Notes: generated by a model not told the origin, from the letters alone. A stretch of 64,000 bases of DNA from Patescibacteria group bacterium (GCA_038063415.1 JBBTVD010000020.1:11629-75628); one strand, 5' to 3'. Shown: positions 9,819 through 19,146, counted from the first letter of the stretch. Numbers and translations are program-made.

Positions 9819-10880
9819 GGTTGCCTAGATAGAGAACGGTTGTCCTCCTTTCTTTTCTTGCAGGATAATAACACATTCAGCAGGAGTTTTGTAACCTAAC
9901 GAACGATGAAACCGTTGAGTATTATACTTTGTATTAAATGCCATACACCGCTCATTGATCATGTCCAATTCATCTAAAAGGTCTGTTTGGTAATTGAAGT
10001 ATTCGTACTCTGCTGTCTGGTGTAGCCGCTCAACTCGTCCGTTTTGTTTCGGACAGTGAGGGTTAGTAAAGTAGTGGGGAATGCCCCAATCTACAAGCTC
10101 TTTATGGAAGTTCAGCAAATATTCACTGCCATTGTCAGTATTCACAGCGTGGATTGGAAACGGGAAATACTCCCGTACTCGTCTGAGAAAATCTTGGCCT
10201 GAGGCACTTGAAATGGTCTTGTAACAATACAAAAAGCCATACCTAGATTTGCAATCTATCGCTGTGAACAGATAAAACTTTTTTGTTAACACATATAAAT
10301 ATTTTGTGTCTACCTGCACCAATGAACCAAGTGCTCTTTCTCGTAACTCTACGCTTGCTTTCACCCGTGCAATCGCATAATTCCTGTGTTTCTTCATCCG
10401 TTTCTTGTGTTGCATATTCTGAAGCTCTGCATGCCGATTAATCACTTTTTGGATACTTGTTTGCCCAACCTTCACACCTTCTCGCCTTAACTCTTCCTGG
10501 ATCTCGTATTTGCTCTTCTCTGGATCTGCTTTTCGAATCGCAACCACTCGCTGTTGTACCCACAGAGGTGTGGTCATCTCTCGTACCCTTTTCGGTCGTC
10601 TCGTTTTGCTATCAAACTCAAGGCTTTGCAAGTTCCTCTTGTCAAAACGGTTCTTCCATCGGTAAAACACACTCTTGGATAAACTAAAATGTCTGCACGT
10701 CGCTTCTGCATTCTTCCCATGTCCGTAGTACCAATCTATCCATTGCAGTCGCTTCAGGGCTTCCTTTGAAAGTGACGCTACCCTTATCTCTTCGGTCGGT
10801 AAAATGTTGTAGTGACGCATGACCGCGTCAGTATATCTCTTGCTCAACCTAGCTTCAACCGTTCTCTATGTATCGCAACC
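9819..10880 (-). mobile_element. IS481-family insertion sequence (~1.06 kb) with imperfect ~24-bp terminal inverted repeats
   Basis: Left end 'ggttgcctagatagagaacggttg' (9819-9842) matches the reverse complement of the right end (10856-10880, 'caaccgttctctatgtatcgcaacc'). The enclosed gene has an intact DDE integrase core. Confidence 0.7.
9825..10847 (-). CDS. IS481-family transposase (HTH plus rve/DDE integrase core), apparently intact, 340 aa
   Basis: Motifs 'VQVDTKYL', 'NTDNGSEY' and 'NPHCPKQNGRVERLHQT' are typical of the IS481/IS3 superfamily integrase core. Confidence 0.8.
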   Translation of the reverse strand: MSKRYTDAVMRHYNILPTEEIRVASLSKEALKRLQWIDWYYGHGKNAEATCRHFSLSKSVFYRWKNRFDKRNLQSLEFDSKTRRPKRVREMTTPLWVQQRVVAIRKADPEKSKYEIQEELRREGVKVGQTSIQKVINRHAELQNMQHKKRMKKHRNYAIARVKASVELRERALGSLVQVDTKYLYVLTKKFYLFTAIDCKSRYGFLYCYKTISSASGQDFLRRVREYFPFPIHAVNTDNGSEYLLNFHKELVDWGIPHYFTNPHCPKQNGRVERLHQTAEYEYFNYQTDLLDELDMINERCMAFNTKYNTQRFHRSLGYKTPAECVIILQEKKGGQPFSI

Positions 10881-10912
10881 TAGACAAGAATTATTACGGA
10901 GATCTTTTCTGA

Positions 10913-12004
10913 CTAGTAAGTAATGACAAGTTCAGGTTGATTTTTGAAGCTATCTCTTGATGCAAAGTCTAGTCCGTTATTGCCAGAAGATTCAAATGCT
11001 AAAGAGACAATATTTCCAGCGTTCTCTTTTACAAATTTGGTAAGGTCAATTTCTTTCCATGTATTTATCTTTCCTCCAGTAATAGATGTGATGGTAGCTG
11101 AGGTAGCAGGTCTGTTTTTGTACGTCAAGGTAGATTCTTGCCAATTTGTGTTTTTTACTTCCTTAAGCGATTGTTTTGAGTCTGAGCCATTTACCACGTA
11201 TAATCTAAGTTTTGCTGTATTAATACGCATGTTTTTGAATACCTTAAGATCAAATTTCATATAAATGATCTTATTATTGTCCTGATCAACTTCAAGCGTT
11301 TTTGCTTTGCCATAGCTCGTACTTGTCTTATCATTTCTCACAAACGTATCAGCTATTGGTTTAATAGAGAAGCTTCCTGTTGCAATCAGTGGCGTCGGGG
11401 TAGCGGATGGAATTGTTATTTTAGTAGGTGTTGGCAGATTGCTTGGTTTGATCGTTGGTAAAAAAGGTGTCGGCGTTATGGCAGATGGAGCGATAGTATT
11501 TGTGGGTTGAATGGTAGCGGTAGCTACAGAAGTAGGGGTTATAGGGGCTGTTGTGCAATTTTGACCGAGATTAAGCGGAATACAGGTAAGATCTTGAGTA
11601 AAGACTAGTTTATCAATTTTTACTCCTGGTTTGTTGCCGATAAGGGTAATCAGATGTGCTCCTTGGGTTAATTGTATGGTTGTTGGAATATTTAACCATG
11701 TCCAAACATTTGTTGGCATATCTTGTTTATCTCCAATGAGCATCCCGCACTTATTATCTATCTGAAGCCAGTAGGAATTATTTATGGTATCTGGGATCAT
11801 TATCCTGCTCCAAATGTTGTAGGTGCCTGAAGCCGTAATGTCTGTTGGTATTGTCACACTTCCGGTGTTCGTAGGTAGACTAGGGCAGGAGTTTGTTGGT
11901 ATTGATGTTTGAGCGTTTGCTTGTCCAACAATCCCCATCCCGAGCAAAAATATAACAGCAAAAAGCAAATTTTTGGTTAGAATAGTATCTGTTTTTTTAT
12001 GCAT
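10913..12004 (-). CDS. secreted/membrane-anchored protein with a Thr/Pro-rich linker and a C-terminal ~110-aa module shared with the 4552..6366 protein
   Basis: N-terminal signal/anchor 'LLFAVIFLLGMGIVGQANA'. Linker 'PTPFLPTIKPSNLPTPTKITIPSATPTP'. C-terminus 'AKLRLYVVNGSDSKQSLKEVKNTNWQES...NTWKEIDLTKFVKENAG' aligns with residues ~110-215 of the beta-helix protein. Confidence 0.5.
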   Translation of the reverse strand: MHKKTDTILTKNLLFAVIFLLGMGIVGQANAQTSIPTNSCPSLPTNTGSVTIPTDITASGTYNIWSRIMIPDTINNSYWLQIDNKCGMLIGDKQDMPTNVWTWLNIPTTIQLTQGAHLITLIGNKPGVKIDKLVFTQDLTCIPLNLGQNCTTAPITPTSVATATIQPTNTIAPSAITPTPFLPTIKPSNLPTPTKITIPSATPTPLIATGSFSIKPIADTFVRNDKTSTSYGKAKTLEVDQDNNKIIYMKFDLKVFKNMRINTAKLRLYVVNGSDSKQSLKEVKNTNWQESTLTYKNRPATSATITSITGGKINTWKEIDLTKFVKENAGNIVSLAFESSGNNGLDFASRDSFKNQPELVITY

Positions 12005-12010
12005 ATGGTA

Positions 12011-13132
12011 TTAGTTTATGTATCCTGGTGATAGATAACTTGTTCCATTCCAAAGCGAAGCTGGTACAAAATCCCCACCAGGAGGTGTCGCCCCCTGAAA
12101 AAGACCTGCACTCGGCCAAGAACCAAAGGAATCAGTGGAGTTAAACTTCGCACCAATTGTATAGACGCGATCGCTCGTCATTTTTGTTAGACTAGGTTCA
12201 CGGTCGGCCAAGAGATATTTTGCTCCACCAAGTCGATCATCTCCCTCCAGATTCACGCGTCGAGTAACCCAGGGTTCTCCACTACCACTGGGGACTGACC
12301 GTCCATCGGCTGGATCCAAATAGAAACCTTGGTATGTTGCGTGCTTGGCAGTGAGTCCATCAATGAGTAATGTTCTTGGACCACCCCATGCCTGGATGAC
12401 ATCAGCATGAACGGTGGCTTGTGTACCATAATTAATGGCATCAACACGGACATTCTGCACAATAGCGGTGGTACCATTGTTTGTACGGATTGCAAATTGA
12501 ATAGCATCAGATAAATACGTACCAGGCTTAAACCACAAACCTTCAAGAAATACGATGCGAACATCGGAACCATCAGAAATGCGAATCCCTCTATTTGGAC
12601 TATCATAGGAGCCAGAGGGAACGTTGGTTCGTCCACCAAAGGTGCCTCCAATCCATACGATATTTCGACCTCCGACCAGCGTTACTGGTCCGGTAATGGC
12701 GTTTGGCGCAAGAATTTGGTAATCGGTACCGTTAGTAAGATTTAAGGTGCCTCCTGTTGTTGGCACGGTGACTTTGGTATAATTCTCATATCCTACTGGA
12801 GGAGCCCATGAGAGTTTCTCTCCTGAGGTTGATGGCGTTTGTGTCAGACTCGGAGCAGTACTTGGTATGGATGTCGGTTGAATTCCTCCAAATTGGATAT
12901 ACTTGCCCCCTGATGCATTCTCGTCATTCCCGACAGCGATTTGAGCATTTGTTCCACCTGCTTCAGCTTCAATTTCAGCGAGGGAAAAAGCTGATGCGCT
13001 TAAATTGGTCTGTTTGTTTTGGTAGATAACAAAAACGGGTACAGAGAGAACCAGCAAGGTCAAAAAACCGGCGAGTAAAAGCTTCTTATCAATGAAAAAA
13101 CGATGGAATTTTTTTGTCTGTAAATGCATCAT
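12011..13132 (-). CDS. secreted/membrane-anchored hypothetical protein (373 aa)
   Basis: N-terminal TM 'LLLAGFLTLLVLSVPVFVIY'. No recognised catalytic motif. Confidence 0.4.
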   Translation of the reverse strand: MMHLQTKKFHRFFIDKKLLLAGFLTLLVLSVPVFVIYQNKQTNLSASAFSLAEIEAEAGGTNAQIAVGNDENASGGKYIQFGGIQPTSIPSTAPSLTQTPSTSGEKLSWAPPVGYENYTKVTVPTTGGTLNLTNGTDYQILAPNAITGPVTLVGGRNIVWIGGTFGGRTNVPSGSYDSPNRGIRISDGSDVRIVFLEGLWFKPGTYLSDAIQFAIRTNNGTTAIVQNVRVDAINYGTQATVHADVIQAWGGPRTLLIDGLTAKHATYQGFYLDPADGRSVPSGSGEPWVTRRVNLEGDDRLGGAKYLLADREPSLTKMTSDRVYTIGAKFNSTDSFGSWPSAGLFQGATPPGGDFVPASLWNGTSYLSPGYIN

Positions 13133-13139
13133 GTAATCG

Positions 13140-14648
13140 TTATTGTGTTTGTGTAAAGGTTATATCATCAACCCAAACAGTTCCTGCTTCAAGCCCTGCT
13201 TGAAATCCGACAAATACATTGTTTTGCGTATCTGATGCGGTAAACGTATACGTAAAATCTTGCCATTCAGGGGTAAGATCAAATGTCTTTCTATCGTAGA
13301 CAGTGAATGGACGGACAGATTGTTGGACAACGACGTCTATTTTTCGGTTAGCTGCGGCTTTTGCAGAAAATCCTACCATATACGTCTTTCCAGTAGTGAT
13401 CGCTAAACCATATTGGGCGATCTCTACATCCCAAGGATTTTGTGCGGCTTGTGCTATTTCAATTTTGGCTGCATTTGATCCATCTTCTTGCGCTTCGGTG
13501 GTAACACTGAAATTGCCGCTGGCACCGGCTCTTTGGTTAAATTGCCAATCAGACGTACCATCTTCAAACGATGCATTTTTAAGGGCACCAGTATTTCCTC
13601 CAAGAAAGTGAGCAAAGAGTTCTTTGAGCAGTTCCAGAAGACGTATAAGTAATCCCTTAAGTTCTTCGTCGCTTAGATAATCAGTATTACTATCAGTATT
13701 TGGTGTCCCCGTAATTGATGGCTGCATGTCTGTTGGGTCGGCTGTTGTCCCACTGGGAGATGCAAGTATCTCAGTTGATGGTTCTGCGCTAGGTTGCTGA
13801 GAAATAGCTTCTGTTATGGATGGCCCACTAGACGGTTCTGCCGATGGTTCAGCAGAAGGTGGTTGTGTCGATGCTTGAGGCACATCACACGCTATTGGCT
13901 TGCAGCCCTTACCAAGGGTATCTTGGAAGCATACGGCACCACTTCCACAATCAGCATCAACACTGCATGGTTTGGAACAAATAGTTGCATCGGTAAACTC
14001 AGCCGCACAAATAAATGCTTCCTTTCCAGCGCATTCACCGCCACCTTTGGTGCAGTATTTCCCAACCCCTTTTTCATTACCAGCATCACCAGGGGCTCCA
14101 CATCCTTGAACTGGTCCCTGGCTAATGACCGTAGATGGGGCAACCGATAGTTGTTGTGTATCTGAAGGTTCAGGATTTGTGTCACATGGTGTCGTAGAAG
14201 GTTCAGGATTATTGTTGTCGCCACCATTGTCGTTATTATTTCCTTCACTACCAAGTAATATCTTGATCAACTCTTCAAGAAATTTAAAGATTAATTCAAT
14301 CAATTTCCCAATAAAGCCATTTTCTGTTTTTCTTTCCCAACGTTCTTGCTGACCATCAGGGGTTGGCTGGTTACGTGTGACAGAAACAGGAGCAGCTTGT
14401 GTTGTTATACAAGGGTTAGTTGTTATGCTGGCAGCTTGTTCACTACTTGGAGATGCCTCTGCTGGGGAAAGGGATTCAGTAATATCCGCCACTGCTTGTT
14501 CCTTGACAACAGTTGGGCAGGTATTGCCAAGACAAAAAAATTGATCAGTAGGACTTACTTCAAGAGCTTTACTCTGTGATGTGAATGGTAGCACAAGGAA
14601 GAACGAAACGAGGAAAAAGATAAAACTGATGAATAGCTTAGAACGCAT
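13140..14648 (-). CDS. secreted Cys-rich protein with a C-terminal CBM4/9-like carbohydrate-binding module
   Basis: Signal/anchor 'LFISFIFFLVSFFLVL', a Cys-rich central region, and C-terminal 'LKNASFEDGTSDWQFNQRAG...AKIEIAQAAQNPWDVEIAQYGLAITTGKTYMVGFSAKAAANRKI...TVWVDDITF'. The C-terminal part is paralogous to the N-terminal module of 22373..24544. Confidence 0.55.
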   Translation of the reverse strand: MRSKLFISFIFFLVSFFLVLPFTSQSKALEVSPTDQFFCLGNTCPTVVKEQAVADITESLSPAEASPSSEQAASITTNPCITTQAAPVSVTRNQPTPDGQQERWERKTENGFIGKLIELIFKFLEELIKILLGSEGNNNDNGGDNNNPEPSTTPCDTNPEPSDTQQLSVAPSTVISQGPVQGCGAPGDAGNEKGVGKYCTKGGGECAGKEAFICAAEFTDATICSKPCSVDADCGSGAVCFQDTLGKGCKPIACDVPQASTQPPSAEPSAEPSSGPSITEAISQQPSAEPSTEILASPSGTTADPTDMQPSITGTPNTDSNTDYLSDEELKGLLIRLLELLKELFAHFLGGNTGALKNASFEDGTSDWQFNQRAGASGNFSVTTEAQEDGSNAAKIEIAQAAQNPWDVEIAQYGLAITTGKTYMVGFSAKAAANRKIDVVVQQSVRPFTVYDRKTFDLTPEWQDFTYTFTASDTQNNVFVGFQAGLEAGTVWVDDITFTQTQ

Positions 14649-14708
14649 AGTGCAAAAAATAATGGTCTACTATACTTAAGCAGAAAAGTTAGAAGGTTGT
14701 CAATATGC

Positions 14709-15524
14709 TTAGAGGGAGGTAATATCAAGGGTAACCGCTGGACTCATGGTAGATTTTATCGTCACTGTTTTAATGTTTTTTGTTTGGACTGCCTGCACAA
14801 AAGCCTTAACGTTTTCCTGTAGCTTCTTTTCACCAAATGACGCTTTACCAACAGTAAAGTGAAGAATAGGGAATTTAGCTTCTGTTTTGTAATGCATTTG
14901 TCCTCCGGCAAACTTTTTGGCTGCTTCATCTGGCTTTTGAGTAACGGTACCATTTTTTGGATTTGGCATAAGACCACGAGGGCCAAGCACTTTTGCTACC
15001 CGTGCAAGTTTTGGCATAGTGTCCGGGGTTGCGATAAGGACATCAAAGTTAATTTGTCCAGCTTCAATTGCTTTGACCAGCTCTTCAACTTTTTTGGCAT
15101 CAACTGTTTGGTTTGCAATTTCGACACGGATCGTTTTGCCAGTTCCATGTGGAAGCACAACTGCTCCTGAAATACCTTTTTCAACAGTATTGATGTGGAG
15201 TTCAACGGTTTCATCAAACTTTGCTCGTTGCAATTTGGATAAGAGAGACAATGATTCAGTCAGTGAATATTTTTTGTCTTTGTCAACGTATGCAGCAGCT
15301 GTTGTATAGCTTTTTGAGTGAGACTTTGTTTGTCCAACTTTTTTTTGTTGCTTCTTAACGGCTGGTTTTTCTGCAACTGCTTCTTTTACTTCACCATTTT
15401 TTTCTTCTTCAGAAGCATCAGCTGTTTTTTGTGCACGTTTTGCTTCGGCACGTTTTTTAGCCTTGAGTTGTTCGTCTTTTTCTTGTTGTTCGTCTCCGAT
15501 TGTTTTTACTCTAATTTTTCCCAT
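14709..15524 (-). CDS. rplA: 50S ribosomal protein L1 with a ~70-aa Lys/Glu-rich N-terminal extension
   Basis: L1 core 'GKTIRVEIAN...LGPRGLMPNPKNGTVT...' lies directly downstream of rplK. The N-terminus is K/E-rich low complexity. Confidence 0.9.
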   Translation of the reverse strand: MGKIRVKTIGDEQQEKDEQLKAKKRAEAKRAQKTADASEEEKNGEVKEAVAEKPAVKKQQKKVGQTKSHSKSYTTAAAYVDKDKKYSLTESLSLLSKLQRAKFDETVELHINTVEKGISGAVVLPHGTGKTIRVEIANQTVDAKKVEELVKAIEAGQINFDVLIATPDTMPKLARVAKVLGPRGLMPNPKNGTVTQKPDEAAKKFAGGQMHYKTEAKFPILHFTVGKASFGEKKLQENVKAFVQAVQTKNIKTVTIKSTMSPAVTLDITSL

Positions 15525-15528
15525 ATAA

Positions 15529-15948
15529 TTATTCTACTGCTACACCCATAGACCGAGCGGTTCCAGCAACTACACGAGTTGCCATTGCAACGTCATCAGT
15601 GTTTAAGTCTTCAAGCTTATCTTTTGCGATTTGTTCTGCTTGTGCCATTGTGAGCGTTGCAACTTTTTCACGGCCTGGTTTTTGGCTACCAGCTTTGCCG
15701 ATAACTTTTTTAATCATTTCAGCAACTGGTGGCTTCTTGGTAATAAAGGTAAAGGTACGATCTTCATAGACAGTAATAACAACGGGAAGGACGTTGCCTT
15801 TCATGTCGGAAGTCTTGTCATTGAATGCTTTGACAAACTCCATGATCGGCAGACCATGTTGTCCAAGAGCCGGTCCAACAGGTGGTGCTGGGGTTGCAGC
15901 TCCTGCAGGAATCGTTAATTTAATGATTGTTTTTACTTTCTTTGCCAT
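15529..15948 (-). CDS. rplK: 50S ribosomal protein L11
   Basis: '[34 protein letters not shown]' is the canonical L11. Confidence 0.95.
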   Translation of the reverse strand: MAKKVKTIIKLTIPAGAATPAPPVGPALGQHGLPIMEFVKAFNDKTSDMKGNVLPVVITVYEDRTFTFITKKPPVAEMIKKVIGKAGSQKPGREKVATLTMAQAEQIAKDKLEDLNTDDVAMATRVVAGTARSMGVAVE

Positions 15949-15952
15949 AGGT

Positions 15953-16552
15953 TTAGAGTTTTTGTACTTGCAAAAAATCTAATTCGACAGGAGTTTCACG
16001 ACCAAAGATAGAAACGAGTACTTTCAGCTTCCCGTGTGCTTCGTCAATCGTATCAATCGTTCCCAGGAATTCACTGAATGGACCATCGATGATCTTCACA
16101 GCTTCACCCATAGAGAACGATACTTTATACATCGGCTCATCAGTATTCATAAACTGTTGAATTGCTTCAACTTCTTTTTCTGAGATTGGGGTTGGTTTGT
16201 TTCCTGCACCTATAAATGAAGTAACACCCTGGGTACTTCTGACCATAAACCAGGTTTCGTCATCAAGTACCATCTTCACAAGCACATATCCTGGAAAGAT
16301 CTTTTCTTTAACGGTTTCTTTTTTGCCTTGAGAAACTTTGATGGTATTGCGAGTTGGAACGATGATGTCAAAGATTCGGTCATCAAACTTCATTGCTTCA
16401 GCACGTTGTTTGAGTGAACGAGCGACTTTGTTTTCGTGACCAGCATAGGTATGAATGATGTACCATTTGCCTGCACTTGAATCTATTGCTGGCTTATCTG
16501 CGAGCACATCTTCTGCTTCTGTTTTTTGTACTGCTTCAGTTGGTTGATCCAT
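15953..16552 (-). CDS. nusG: transcription termination/antitermination factor NusG
   Basis: NGN domain '[15 protein letters not shown]' plus C-terminal KOW '[25 protein letters not shown]'. Gene order is secE-nusG-rplK. Confidence 0.9.
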   Translation of the reverse strand: MDQPTEAVQKTEAEDVLADKPAIDSSAGKWYIIHTYAGHENKVARSLKQRAEAMKFDDRIFDIIVPTRNTIKVSQGKKETVKEKIFPGYVLVKMVLDDETWFMVRSTQGVTSFIGAGNKPTPISEKEVEAIQQFMNTDEPMYKVSFSMGEAVKIIDGPFSEFLGTIDTIDEAHGKLKVLVSIFGRETPVELDFLQVQKL

Positions 16553-16560
16553 AATTTTGA

Positions 16561-16752
16561 TTATTTAAGTAACATTTCTTGAATCTTTACAAAAATAAAG
16601 TCCAAGGCGCCGATATATAAACCGACAAAAACACTTATGGTAAGGACAATGATCGTTAATCTAAAGACATCCTGCTTACTTGGCCAGACAACTTGCTTAA
16701 GCTCGTCGTAGGTTTGCTGTAAAAAGGTGACCGGCTTTGTCATTACGAACAA
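16561..16752 (-). CDS. secE: preprotein translocase subunit SecE
   Basis: 63-aa single-TM protein 'WPSKQDVFRLTIIVLTISVFVGLYIGALDFIF' immediately upstream of nusG. Confidence 0.85.
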   Translation of the reverse strand: MFVMTKPVTFLQQTYDELKQVVWPSKQDVFRLTIIVLTISVFVGLYIGALDFIFVKIQEMLLK

Positions 16753-16812
16753 CCGCTTTCGCGGAGGTGAGAACTATTGTACCAAATCAAACCCTTCTTG
16801 ACAACTGGGAGG

Positions 16813-17100
16813 TTATTCATCTTCAGACTTTGGTATTTCTCTCATAAAGACAATTCGTGTATGAGGGATATTAATGGTAACGGTACTTCCTTCTTCCAAT
16901 GCTTCTCGGACAAGTGCCATAACTCCACGGGCGCGCATCGTGGGTAACGCGCCTGGCGGAAAGAGCATTGGTTCCAGAGATTGGGGAGTTACTCTCATCA
17001 CGCCTGGTTCTTTTGGTAGAAATTGATCTCCAGATCCTCTTGTCTGTCTGCTTTCTTTCCATTTCGCAAGAGAAATGACGCTACCTGTCCTTTTTTCCAT
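16813..17100 (-). CDS. hypothetical ORF of doubtful status (95 aa)
   Basis: An ORF with no recognisable domain. It overlaps a locally GC-rich hairpin (16929-16956). It could be a real small gene or non-coding. Confidence 0.2.
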   Translation of the reverse strand: MEKRTGSVISLAKWKESRQTRGSGDQFLPKEPGVMRVTPQSLEPMLFPPGALPTMRARGVMALVREALEEGSTVTINIPHTRIVFMREIPKSEDE

Positions 17101-17121
17101 GAGCGTAAGTATACTATATGA

Positions 17122-18900
17122 TTACTTTACTGTCACGCTTTTGGCAAGATTACGAGGTTTATCTGGATCAAGTTTCCTGGAAAGCGCCATAAAGTAGGAT
17201 AGTAGTTGCATCGGGACAATATCCGTCAATAGGGGAGCTCCCGTCGTCTTCACCTCAATCCATTCATCAAATGTCGGATGATCCTTGGCCGAGATACCAA
17301 TCATATACCCACCTCGTGATTTAATCTCAATTGCATTTGAGATGATAGCATCATAGGTCTCATCTTCTGGTGCTACGACGATACAGGGCGTTCCTTTTTC
17401 GATAAGTGCAATTGTTCCATGTTTGAGCTCTCCACCTGCCATTCCTTCGGTGTGAATATAACTCACTTCTTTAATCTTGAGAGCTCCTTCAAGTGCGGTT
17501 GCATAAGAAACACCTCGACCAATAATATAGAGGTGATCTTTTTTCGTCAGAATCTTTGCAATCTTTTTTATCTTTGCCAATGATTTTTCCTGCAGTAATC
17601 GCTCAATTTCTTGTGAAGCAGCAAGTAATAGCTTTTTTCCTTCGGGCAGTTTTCCCGCTAAAGTATAAGCAATAAGTGTCAAAATCGAAATCTTTGCCAG
17701 ATAAGCTTTGGTGGATGCCACCGCTTTCTCTGGGCCTGCGCCAATGAGTACTTTATAATCACTCATACGGTAGATCGTTGAGCCTAGGACATTAACGAGC
17801 GCCATAATCTTGCTTTTCTTTTGCTTCGCCCGAATAAGTGGCTCAATCACGTCAATTGTCTCTCCGCTTTGGGAGAGGGGGATAATAAGGCTGTCTTTGG
17901 TAAGGAAATCTTCCAGGTACATAAATTCGGATGCGGGAGCAGTGTTGACATGACGACTGGCGATTTTTGAAAAAAGGTACGTTCCAGCCAGACAAGCATT
18001 AAAGGCAGTGCCAGAACCAATCAAAAAAACACCTTTTGCTTTGGTAATAACGCCTGCTATCTCTTCAATTTGGTCCGTATAGGTTTTGGCTATTGTCTCG
18101 ATGATTGCTGGCTGTTCTGCAATTTCTTTGAGCATAAAATGTTTGTATTTTCCTTTAACCGCTTGTGCGATATCCCAGGAGATCGTTTCCCTCTCAGGAG
18201 TAAGCTTCTTTCCCGTAGTGAGCGAAACAAGCTCAATATCCTTTTGTAACGCAATCAATTCATTGTCTTTAAGAAAGAGTACGTCTTTTGTATAGGGGAG
18301 AATCCCCGCCAGATCTGAAGCAAGAAAGAATTCGTCTTGCCCGATACCAATAATAAGCGGAGAGCCGTTTTTGGCAGCAACAATTTCAGAAGATTTTGTG
18401 CTAATAGCAATAATTGCATTTAGGCCCTGAAGTTTAGCAAAAACCGTTTGTATACTTGTTTTGAGAGAAGCATTTACTTGCTTCATTTCTTCTTCCAATA
18501 GGTGGGCGATTACCTCAGTGTCAGTTTCGGAGGTAAATCGGTGTCCTTTTTTAAGTAGATCATTTTTTAATTCCTGAAAGTTTTCGACAATGCCATTGTG
18601 TAAGACCGCTATGTGGCGAGTGCAGTCATAATGTGGATGAGCGTTCTTTTGCGTTACACCACCATGCGTTGCCCATCGAGTATGCCCGATTGCAATCTGA
18701 GGTTGGAGAGATGCAAGTGCTCCATCAAGTTTTTTGTCGCCAATTTTGCCGATATGTTTTTCGATTGTTAGTTTGCCTTGACTATCACGCACCGCAATTC
18801 CCCAGGAATCATATCCTCGGTACTCAAGTGTTTTGAGCCCTTCCAGGACAATTTCGGAAGCATTAGTTTTCTGACCGATATAACCGAAAATACCACACAT
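17122..18900 (-). CDS. glmS: glutamine--fructose-6-phosphate aminotransferase (isomerising)
   Basis: The true start is 'MCGIFGYIG' (catalytic Cys2); the 34 upstream codons of the ORF are probably not translated. Two SIS domains are present. Confidence 0.9.
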   Translation of the reverse strand: MCGIFGYIGQKTNASEIVLEGLKTLEYRGYDSWGIAVRDSQGKLTIEKHIGKIGDKKLDGALASLQPQIAIGHTRWATHGGVTQKNAHPHYDCTRHIAVLHNGIVENFQELKNDLLKKGHRFTSETDTEVIAHLLEEEMKQVNASLKTSIQTVFAKLQGLNAIIAISTKSSEIVAAKNGSPLIIGIGQDEFFLASDLAGILPYTKDVLFLKDNELIALQKDIELVSLTTGKKLTPERETISWDIAQAVKGKYKHFMLKEIAEQPAIIETIAKTYTDQIEEIAGVITKAKGVFLIGSGTAFNACLAGTYLFSKIASRHVNTAPASEFMYLEDFLTKDSLIIPLSQSGETIDVIEPLIRAKQKKSKIMALVNVLGSTIYRMSDYKVLIGAGPEKAVASTKAYLAKISILTLIAYTLAGKLPEGKKLLLAASQEIERLLQEKSLAKIKKIAKILTKKDHLYIIGRGVSYATALEGALKIKEVSYIHTEGMAGGELKHGTIALIEKGTPCIVVAPEDETYDAIISNAIEIKSRGGYMIGISAKDHPTFDEWIEVKTTGAPLLTDIVPMQLLSYFMALSRKLDPDKPRNLAKSVTVK

Positions 18901-19146
18901 ATAAGCGTAAAATATTGGGGTTCTTTGGGGAGTAGTAATTGCTTGTTTTCCCTCTGGTGATACATTACTGTACTGTTTAAGAAAAACATCTAGACTCAAT
19001 CAAGCCTGAAGGTCTCCGCAGATACTTCTTTGCCGACTGGCAAAGAGTTCGAGCCCCCGATGCAATCGGGGATCCTTCTTCCTCGTATCCCTCTGTACTC
19101 GAGGGCCTTGCGCTCTTTATTCTTTACCTACTCTATTCAAAGAACT
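18901..19146 (-). ncRNA. candidate glmS ribozyme in the ~246-nt glmS 5' leader
   Basis: The minus-strand leader contains 'AAAG-A|GCGCA', then a hairpin (GGCCCUC...GAGGG), then 'ACGAGGA' and 'AGAAGG', then a CCCCGAUUGCAUCGGGG hairpin and a UUGCC-AGUC-GGCAA hairpin. The order resembles the glmS ribozyme core as I recall it from Bacillus examples. This was not verified against a covariance model. Confidence 0.35.

Noticed and set aside
16921-16956. Short matches to RNase P RNA consensus pieces ('AACUCCAC', 'GGGUAACGCGCCUGG')
   Set aside because: The two pieces are in the wrong relative order on the plus strand and absent on the minus strand. No P4 or 'GGAAAGUCCGG' core is present, so the match is coincidental.
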